The notes beneath the pieces were generated by a model that was not told the DNA's origin, searched no databases, and worked only from the letters and a program-made list of their open reading frames with translations. From Lama guanicoe (Eukaryota): a stretch of DNA of 20,000 bases. Shown here piece after piece: positions 1 to 9,380 of the stretch. A program made the position numbers and the translations under genes. The stretch's first letter is position 1. The number at the start of each line of letters is the position of its first letter. The stretch lies in assembly GCA_013239625.1 (NCBI GenBank), contig MU053594.1, positions 817,036 through 837,035 on the forward strand, in the 5' to 3' direction.

Positions 1-232
1 GCGTGTCTCTCTCATTTCTTTTAACTCTTGGGAATTTGGTCATCTGTATCCTGTCCTCCTGGCCCATCTCCCCATATTCTCTTCCATCAGGCCCCATGTC
101 CAGATCCTTAAGTCTCCATCAGCTCCCAGCCTCCTGACCCTCTTGGGGGTGACCCTCACCCTCTGGTCATCACAGAAAGTCAAGAAATGGGTGGGCCAGG
201 CTGAGGGCGGTCCAGCCGTAAGGGGCGCTCAC

Positions 233-329
233 CTGCTTGGACAAGGATGAATTCCAGAGACTCCTGTCCGATGCGATTCACTGCGGTACAGTTGTAGTTT
301 CCAAAATCATTTTCAGAGTCCGGGGTCAC
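233..329 (-). CDS. NCAM1: NCAM1 coding exon (classical exon 10), C-terminal part of Ig5
   Basis: ctaaag|GTG ACC CCG ... CAA GCA G|gtgagc, 97 nt, phase 0/1. Encodes [32 protein letters not shown]. Not in the ORF track. Confidence 0.97.
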
Positions 330-638
330 CTTTAGAAAGAAGGAGCTCTTGGGTTACACGGGGTGGCCGCAACCTCAGATCCTTATTTACTGAACTCAGT
401 TCTCTAATTGGGAGCCCAGCCTTAACTCAGAGAGAAGAACAGGAAGGGGGCAGGCTGCCTCCCAGGCCCCGATCTAGCTCCAGGGAGAGAAAAGGGGCCG
501 GGTGGAGGCTTCCTTTCCTCCCCGGCCAATGGCATCCCTGCTCAGGATGAGCCAGAGATGCCGGAGGGAAGACTTCAGCTGCGTCCACAGTCAAACTGCG
601 CCCGCTCCACCCTGTCCCCGCCCCCCACGCCGTCTCAC

Positions 639-823
639 CTCCAGGTAGCTGGCGGAGGGGGTGTTGTAGATCTTGATGTTGCTGTAGTTGGAGCTGGGCA
701 GCAGCTGACCATCTCGGAACCACGAGATCGTGGCACTGGGATAGGCGAACACCTCGCAGGTGATGTTCACCTGGTTCCCCTCCCAAGTGTACACAGCCAC
801 GGGGCCCTGCAGCTTGGGGGCAT
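639..823 (-). CDS. NCAM1: NCAM1 coding exon (classical exon 9), N-terminal part of Ig5
   Basis: ttgcag|AT GCC CCC ... CTG GAG|gtgaga, 185 nt, phase 1/0. Encodes (Y)APKLQGPVAVYTWEGNQVNITCEVFAYPSATISWFRDGQLLPSSNYSNIKIYNTPSASYLE. Confidence 0.97.
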
Positions 824-1121
824 CTGCAATGAAGGACAAGGACCTTCAGGAATTCGGCCACTATCAGGGAGCCCCACACACCCGTCTCCTGGCCCTGGGG
901 GGACAGGTGTGCCCCGAAGCAGAGCCGGTGCGGGGACACAGCAGAGGTCGGGCCGTTTCCCACAATCTGCCTGGTGCAGACTCATTAAGAAGCCTGGGAG
1001 GGTGTGAAGAGGTGGCTCGGGGACAGAGCTTTGCAAAGGCCTGGGGCCAACTGCCATGGGACAGGTCCTCACGACCCTGCCCGGCCCTCCCTGCCCCGCA
1101 TCCTCCCACAGTTTTCCTCAC

Positions 1122-1272
1122 ATTGCACTTCGAGGTACATGGACTGGGAGTCCTGGCCGATGGTGTTGCTGGCAGTGCAGACGTACTCTCCCGCATCTGT
1201 GTACTGGATGCTCTTCAAGGTCAAGGATGACACGCGGGCGTGGCTACGCACTACCATGTGCCCGTCCAGAGT
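1122..1272 (-). CDS. NCAM1: NCAM1 coding exon (classical exon 8), C-terminal half of Ig4
   Basis: tggcag|ACT CTG GAC ... GTG CAA T|gtgagg, 151 nt, phase 0/1. Encodes TLDGHMVVRSHARVSSLTLKSIQYTDAGEYVCTASNTIGQDSQSMYLEVQ. Confidence 0.97.
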
Positions 1273-1606
1273 CTGCCAGGAGGGAACGGAGAGCGTCAGG
1301 GCCCGGGGCTGGGCGGGGCCGGGAGACCAGGCCGCCACTGGTGACTGGTCTCACGTCTCTCTCCTCTCTGTGCCCATGTCTAAGGCTCACGTTAGGTACC
1401 AACTAGTGGGGAGGCTCCGGAGAGCACCGTGGGAACTTGGGTGTCTCCCAAACAGACAGGGGGACTCAGTTTATGTCAAACAGCCTAGGCTCAGTGCCTA
1501 GATTGGTTTGGGAAGGACAACCAAGGTCCCCCAGATGCCTTTCTCTTGCGTATCTAAAGGGACGCCAAGACCCGGCCAGCGGGTTTTGCAGCCGCAACAG
1601 CCTTGC

Positions 1607-1686
1607 CTCATGAGACTCTGGGAAGCCTGCGCCCCCGGCCTTTCCTTGCAGCCCCTGCCCGTCTGCCCCTTCCTTGGTGCCTGCGC
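1607..1686 (-). other. Probably non-functional orthologue of a 78-nt alternative NCAM1 exon (human long isoform insert)
   Basis: Minus strand gives AQAPRKGQTGR + 2 extra nt + LQGKAGGAGFPESHE|gcaagg. This resembles the human insert as recalled, VHAPWNWQVGRQKGQAGSAGFPGSHE, and lies in the right position between VASE and exon 8. Confidence 0.65.
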
Positions 1687-4518
1687 ACGTAGTGGGGAAT
1701 CTGAATGTGCCAGATGTAAGAAATTATACAAGAAATCCATATTTCTGAAGATGCCTCACTTTCCTGGATGCTTAAAAGTAAAGTGATGTCATTCCAGAAA
1801 GTCCAACAACTCAGAGCTCAGGAGCTGCTGGGCTAGAGGTGAGCGTAACTGGACGCCCTGTCCCGGGACGGTGGTGCAGGGAATCCCATGCAGTTCTGGG
1901 ATCCTGGACACCGCAGCCACCATCTTTTTTAGCCCTTGATGCTAGAAGCGGTTCCTGCGTGTCTGGAATTACCATGATTGTTCAAGCAGGGAATCAGCAT
2001 ATGATCCCTGGGCAATGGGAACGAGCGTCTTTCCAAGGGGTTTCCTGCCTTGACACACTAAGTAAAATGGCTGCTGGCCTGGGAAGGGTCTGGGCACGTG
2101 GCCTGAGTTCAGATCCTCAGGGAAGTTGGTAATCTGAAGCAGGAGTCCAGCTCCTGGTAGGCTGGGTCACACTCTTGTGTCCAGCATATGACAGTCTACA
2201 GAGATGGACGGGGGACTGCCCTGCATATGGCATCCATTATCCCACTGGGTTGGGCTTTTAAAGAACGAAAGAACACCTGCCTTCACGTTCTTTTGAGAAG
2301 CCGCTTAGGAAGCCCAAAACCCCGCACTGACGTGTTATACAGAAGCCTGTCTGAGAAGCTCAAAAGCAAGACACCACTGTCCTTGTGAGCAGCCTCAGAT
2401 CTACCCCAAGACGTCCCTTTCAGCTCATCTATTTCAGTCACTGAAGCCCCAGCACATTTCATGTGTGGAAGCCAGAACACAACGGCTGGCAAGGAGGCAG
2501 AAGAGCCAAGCCAAACCGTCACCACGTACTGCAGTGTGGATACCAGGTGCCCATGGCTCTCGGCCCCCATTTGGCTGTAAGTCTGTGAGGCTGACTGGCT
2601 GAGAAGCTGCACCCCAGGGGATGTTACACCTTAATGGGAGATGACATAGCAGGTGTGGAGGACAGTTGTTGAAGACACTGGATCCTGGGACCTCTTTTCT
2701 TGTGGGTGGACAGGGTCATGCTGGTACATCCCAGTGGTGGTGGTCACGCATCAAACAAAATCTTAACCCATCACCTAAACTACTGGGATCAGGAGCGTAA
2801 AGTCATCCCTGCAAGTATCTCTGAGGGCTGACCTGACCACCTTGTCATTCCTGTCTTCCCGAAAGACAGAAGAATGAAGGCAGAGGGGATTCAAAGCCCC
2901 CCCACCCCGACCTTTCCGGTTATCTCAGTGAGAACACAGCTTCAGCCAACAGTGACGTGAGCCAGTGACTGAACTAGAATTCCTTGTCACACAGCCAGGA
3001 CTTATCCTGGGGCTGCCACCACCAACCTGAGAAACCGACCAGACTCTTTTGGAAATCAAGAGAGCATTTCCCTAAGGAAGCACTGCTTCAGCAAAAGATG
3101 CAAAGAAAGTCATGTGTGTAAGAGCAAGACACTGACAAGTAACAACAAAGTGAGGCATGAGCAGTTTTTACTCAGAATAATCTAGAAAACGCTCAAAGAG
3201 AAGCTCAGAAAGCGGTTGCATTGACAGACATACTTTTTTTTTTGGGTCTTATATCTGGTCTCTTTGTCTAAATTTCTCTATGTGGAATATTTTTCTCATT
3301 TAATGTCAACAGACCGATAGGCAGCCTTCCATAGAGAATCTGATTTTGCAGTGGCTCAGGACAGATTGATGATCGGATTATCTGCCAAATGCCCCGTTCT
3401 CCTTCCGAGGAGATGCAGTCAGACTCCTGTGTGATCGGACCATCTCCCTCTGGAATGCTTTACTCTGGTACCAGGACAAAGTCAGAGTGCCACCTACAAG
3501 CCAGCCAGACCACAATTCATACTGATGGTCCAGACTCAGGAGGAAGCAGATAAACTCTGGGCACGAATGAAAAGATCATTATAGCAAGAAGACCCTGTTT
3601 TGCAAACAAAAATAGGGACGAAGGGCAATTATAATTGCTCTTCTCATCAAGACAATTTTGTCTCTCTTCTTGCAGGTAGAAGTCCTAAGGCTTTTCAGAG
3701 CTTACAGAATGAAATTGGCTGTAACCCAAGCCTTCTTTTGAGCTCATCTGGACTTAACCGTCTTCATCTCCAACTGAGACAAACAGGAGGGAACGGAACT
3801 CCTGAGCCCCAGGGCGGCACTCACTTGAAAGTCAATTACGTCTAGAGCAAGATAACGTTAAGATAAGGACACTTCTGAGAAACAGAGAGAGGTGTCTGCT
3901 TTCCTGGGAGTAAACCAATTACTTCCACTAATAATAATAATTCTCTGAACATCTCCTTAATGCTCCCTGATAAATCTCAGCTCCTCCTCTTGCTGGGTCT
4001 TGATCAGAGTGACGGAGAAGATGCACAAGGCGAAGCAGTATGAGAGCTGTCGCTGCTCAGAGTGGCTGATAATTAACCCTTCTTCTCTCCCTTCCCCAGT
4101 CCCGGTGGGGCCGTGACAATGAAACACCGAGTCTGCGACGGCACTAAGCGATTCCTGGGTCACGGGGGGAAGTGTTTCAGCGAGGACGTGCACTCAACCA
4201 CAGTCCCTACGCCGGGGAGGAGGGGATGGTACAAAGAAAGCTCATAACGGACTAGATTTGACAACAACAGGGCTTCCACGTGCAGAAACCACCATCAGTG
4301 CCCGGAGATGGGCAGTCAACTTTTAAATATTAAACAGCATTCAATAGTTATAGCCATGACCTGAACACATGAGTTATGTGTTCTGAATAATGATCATTTC
4401 TGAAGACTAGGAGGATAGGTTCACTTAATTAAAATACCATCTATAGAATTGTCATATTCTACATTTATAGTATTACGCAATACAGAGTTCCACCTGCAGA
4501 AGAGGTAAAGGCTATTTT

Positions 4519-4663
4519 GGGGGAGGCAGCTGGGAGGGTACTTATGTTTGTTTGTTTATTTATTTATGTATTTATTTTTAATGGAGGTACTGGGGATTGG
4601 ACCCAGGATCTTTTGCATGGCATGCTAAGCATACACTCTACCACTAAGCTATACCCCACCCGC
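4519..4663 (-). mobile_element. tRNA-derived SINE (camelid-like) with target-site duplication
   Basis: Minus strand has an A box (TAGCTTAGTGG), a degenerate B box (GGTCCAATCCC) and an (AAAT/AAAC)n tail. It is flanked by aaaggctatttt (4507-4518) and aaaggctacttt (4664-4675). Confidence 0.85.
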
Positions 4664-5531
4664 AAAGGCTACTTTTTAGAAAAGTATTTCTAGATTAGAT
4701 TCTTGAATCTCATCTGAAGCACTATTGTTATTTCACTCTCTGTCATTTAATCACACAAATCTGTGAAAAATGATAGGCATGATCAGATGGTGGGTCCTGG
4801 TGGGGGTGGGTGTAGCAATTAAGATCTAAGGATTAATATCTAGCTTCAGTTTTCAAACTGAATCCCACATCCCCCAAACTGAAGCAAGTAGTCAGAAAAA
4901 TTTCAAAGGCTAAATGCTACTGACTTAAAAAAAAAAAACCAAAAAACCCAGAACCATTTGTGACAAATCATTCTAATCTCATAAATTTAATGCTCTATAA
5001 AAGTAACAAATGACCTGAGAGATGTCATTTGCATTGCTTCCAGAGGAAATGTGATGTGGTAATTTACCAAGACCGATCATGATAAAATAAGCAAGCAACA
5101 AGATGAGTTGAGCTGGAAAGGTGAGGGCTGAGTGGGTTTTTAGATCACTAACTCAGCGGCTTTATGATCCAGAGCCACGTCAACCAGGTGAGAGTCAAAA
5201 ATTTTCATCATTTCAAAAACGCCTGGCGTGGGAATTGGGGCCGTTTATTTCTCTAAGTATAATTGCCTGGATGTGATTTTACCAGCTCCAGCAAGAGAAT
5301 AAGACCCAGTTTTAGGAAATCATAAGGGTTTGTTCATCCGCTCCCAACACAGCTTGCTTGCTCATCCTAAAATGACACTGTTACTAAGCGATGTCTACCA
5401 CTATTGACCTATTTCTTTTGTCTAACTAAATTACGAATTAGTTTAGCATGTCTGGTTATTAAACCGGAACGGTGGGTTAAACTGCAACGCTTTCAAAACT
5501 AAAGTCTGGCTAGTGGTCAGGTAAGCTATAC

Positions 5532-5561
5532 CTCTTGCTTCTCTGGTCGAGTCCACGAAGC
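5532..5561 (-). CDS. NCAM1: NCAM1 VASE (pi) 30-nt alternatively spliced microexon in Ig4
   Basis: ctctccag|GCT TCG TGG ACT CGA CCA GAG AAG CAA GAG|gtatag encodes ASWTRPEKQE, the known VASE peptide. Phase 0/0, preceded by a long U/UG-rich pyrimidine tract. Confidence 0.97.
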
Positions 5562-8500
5562 CTGGAGAGAACAAGATACAAAACACAACAAGAAAGCAGT
5601 AAAATTTTACAACATGTTGCTTTAGAGAATCGACGTTATCCCACTGCATTCCGTGCACATGCAGTTTCTTTTTCACTCAGAACATTTTCCGAGGCCCTCT
5701 TTCAATGGTGTGTTTATTATTACCCCCTTTTAATTTAGGATATTTAGTTTACGTTCAGCACCCCCCCACCTCTTATGCACATTAAGATATATAATTCAAA
5801 GCCTTTCCTAATCTTTGGAAGACATACATGTGGATACCAGCAGACATATTAGACTGCTCCTGTTCCAAAACGTCTTGAAGACTCCTTGTGATATTACGTG
5901 ACACTACTATTTCTAACCACGCCATCTAGAGATACTTAGAGAGTAGGTCTCCTCCCTTGGACTTTATTGGACAGCTTATCACAAATACACTAATGCCGTT
6001 TTGCGCTCATGCAGTTTATAGCTCTCTGCATGCATCCTATTAAAAATCAAATTTTTCGGTAAGAGAAAAAGGAACAAAGAAAGGAGTAGAGGGGTACATT
6101 AGGAGTGAGAAGTATGCCCTTAAGACTATGGGTCAGGAAGCTTTGGGGATCCTGGACTCTGAGTGCCCTAGTGGGTACCAGCCAGTTCTTAAAGGCAGAA
6201 GAACGTCTGGACGACACGGAGGCTCACATGTGCACCGTCTCCATCAAACATGACATTCACAAAGGAGCGAGCCAACTCAGGGACAGAGGGGGTTTGGGTA
6301 TCTTCGTACCCACATCAAGCTTTTTAACTTATCCAGCACTAGGAAATCTACTCTGCTTATAGTTTTTTTTTTTATGATTTTGTGCTGGGAGTCAAAAACA
6401 TCATACCTGCAGCTATTCTGTATCAGATGGCATGACTGCCTGATTGTCCCTGATGTTCAGATGGACAAAGGATAGAAAAGAGGCCAGAGGACACAGCAGT
6501 GCAATCCCGGAGATGCACATGGGTTAGCACACATTTAGTAAGAGTCCACTAAATGCCAGGAGCTTTTGTGAGAAATGAGGATGGAAATGTTGGATTACGT
6601 CACAGGATGCTGGTGTGAAGAAGTGACAGAGGAACATGCAGAGAGCAAAGTCATGGTGGGCCACACGTCAAATGTGGTTGCTGATTCCACGTCACTCAGA
6701 AGCTTGTCTGTCACATGCCAGGGCTGCAGGGATCAATGCTCAGGGACTGTATCACAGGGAGCTCTCTGTTTTTCAGATTTGACTCTTCTTGTGTCTCTCC
6801 CAAATCACCATGGTTTTGTGGCTTTTAGAATAAGTAGGTAACACAATATTTCTAGTAGCCTGACCTTCCACCTGGGTGCCTGGTGAGCTGATACAAGATG
6901 CCTTGACCCTGATAATTTGGTGAAGGCATGTGGCTGACTTTAAGACCATCTGATACACAGATATATACACTTACACATTAGCATGTGGCTAGTAATGCTC
7001 CCAAAATTGTTACTTCCAGGTTTTTAAGAAAAATATTTGCATGTTTTATTATCTACACACAAATCTGTAGGAATATGTATATATAAACTACAGTGAAGTG
7101 GTAAACACTTATCCCAAGTATTTCCTGTTATACTTTGCTCACATCCTGGATAAACCAGACTCCAGTTGTTCAGTTCAGGTCCCTTTTCCAACGTTTATGA
7201 GTGGGTAGCTCATTTGTATTGAATGAGGAATTCTTCCTGGTGAAGAGAAGCTCCAGTTTCCAATGAATCCAGAATTTCAAAAGGCTTCTCTCTCTTTTTT
7301 TTTTTTTTTGTGGGAAACTCTGTTAACTCAGGATTTAAGGTTCATGAAATGCCTTTCACTTACTTAGATCTCTTCTGATCTCAACTCTTTGCTCCTCCCC
7401 TTCTCCTGAGACATTAAGGTTTCACATGTCTTTCTTTACCAGCCTCTTCAAAGGCAGAGAGATGTTCAAATGAGCATACAACGGAATTGGTCTGCCAGGG
7501 ACAGAGTATGCAAATCACCACCCTGGGGTTTCACTTTTTATGTACATGGTGCCTGGAATTTAGCGCCATTCACTGTGGTTTTTTAAATACCTGGCAATCT
7601 TTCAAGTGAGTCTGGATAGGATGAGTAATAAAATGATGTGGTTGCTCGAACTTTCTTTGTATCTGTAGCATCACAATGACCTCCAAACACATCGATGAAA
7701 CTGACCAGCTCTGATGTTCACATTTTTTGTCAACATATTAGCGATCACGAAGAAATGGATTAACTTTCAGACAGGTGATAAGCTGCTCTAGAGATCTTAA
7801 TGATCCAAACTTAACCTAGCTATTATCAGCTGTTGAGTGAAACCAACCGAATGAACTGAAGCCTAACAGATTGGTTATAATCTCAAATGAGTGACTGGAC
7901 TAAACCTAGAGACATTATCAAAGATAGGGTGTGATTTTTGGGGCTCATTGTATTGGCTTTTACTTTTTTTCCTTTCTTTTTTTTTTTTTAATGGAGAACA
8001 TCAGTGTTCCATTTGAAAGTCACTGCAGGTCTCTGGTTGAAAGCCTCTTCTCCCATCTTCTCTTAAGAAGGATTAATACCAGACGCAGCTAAGCAGGGAA
8101 GCTGAAGACCAAGCTGCTTTATTTAATTAGGTCCTACTGTCACCCACTTTATTAAAGTAAGCACCGAGCCTTCCATAAATGTCAACAGAATCACGAGAGA
8201 CCACCATGGCATCGTGTGCTCTCCCTCAGGGAAGCCCAGGCGGCATTCTAAGGGTTCTGTACTTGACCTTGTCCCAACCAACTTTTTTTTATCACGAACT
8301 TGGGTGAAGATATCTCAGATAAGCGTTCACACAAGGTTGGAAGCAACAGCTAATACAGATGCTAGATGGCAGCTGCATGGGGAACGGTGAATTGCTTGCC
8401 GTTGGGTCTTGTGCTTAGAGCTGAGGTCACCATTGACTGCTAGACCCCCCAACGCACATAAATACAACAGGGAGCCCACATTGGTTGAAATGCCTTGGAC

Positions 8501-8739
8501 CCCCAGTCCTCAAAGGAGAGTTCCGATGAAAGCCAGTCCTGACTGGTCAGAAAGATGGACTGAAATGGTCGCTCTCCAGCCAGGGAGTGTTTCTGCATGG
8601 GACATTTTTGGTAATCACAATGATTAGAGATGGTTACTAACATTTAAAGGGAAGGGACTAGTGGTGCTGCACAGGACAGTCCCAGTGAAGAAAAAGTCTT
8701 CCCCAACTGTCATGGTGACCCCACTGGGAAATGCTGGGT

Positions 8740-9380
8740 TGCTACAAGCACAACACAATGTTTAACAGAAATAAATATAAAATTCTACATTGTTGGCTAA
8801 GCAATCAATTGCACAAGAACAAGATAGGGGATATGTGGCTTAAATGCAGCTCATGCCAAAAAGACCTGGGCGTTTTAGTTGACCACAAGTTCAATAAGGA
8901 AAAAACTGAAGGAGGAAACTGCTCAAGGGCTAATGCAACATTGACTTCATTACTGTGTCCAGGTCAAGGGAGCAATAACCCTTGGATGACTGCATTAGCT
9001 ATACTAGGCACCACAAACTTACAGGGGAAACCACTGAACTGAAGCTGTCTAGTACAGGACAACTAGAAAGGTGAAGGGTGTGGAAACTGCGAGATGTAAG
9101 AAATAGTGAAAATAACTGTGTGTGTCAAAGGGAAGAAGAGAAGACCTACTAAAGGAAAATTGAAGAGCTAGTAATGGCTCTCACACAAGGCCCGAGTGGC
9201 AGAGGCTGGAAAGGCTGAGAAGGGGCAGGGCAAGAAAGCAGTGCCCCTGACCACTGGTGTTGGCCACCTGCCCTTAGAGGACTGAAGCTGCCACCCTTTG
9301 ATCAGGGGCTAAGTGACTTTCTGGCAGGGAGACTAGATAACCTCCAAAGGAAGCTTCCTTCCAACCTTCTCTGATTCTGG
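8740..9380 (+). mobile_element. Ancient CR1/L3 LINE 3' fragment
   Basis: The translation FNRNKYKILH...NQLHKNKIGDMWLKCSSCQKDLGVLVDHKFN...ANATL matches the CR1 ORF2 C-terminal pattern (FNxxKCKVLH...EKDLGVLVDxKLN...ANAIL). A CR1-like 3' end (ccttccaaccttctctgattctg) lies near 9357-9379. Boundaries approximate. Confidence 0.8.

Noticed and set aside
427..1501. Many overlapping 100-180 aa ORFs on both strands
   Set aside because: They are alternative-frame and antisense shadows of GC-rich NCAM1 exons 8-9 and short introns, with no recognisable independent protein.
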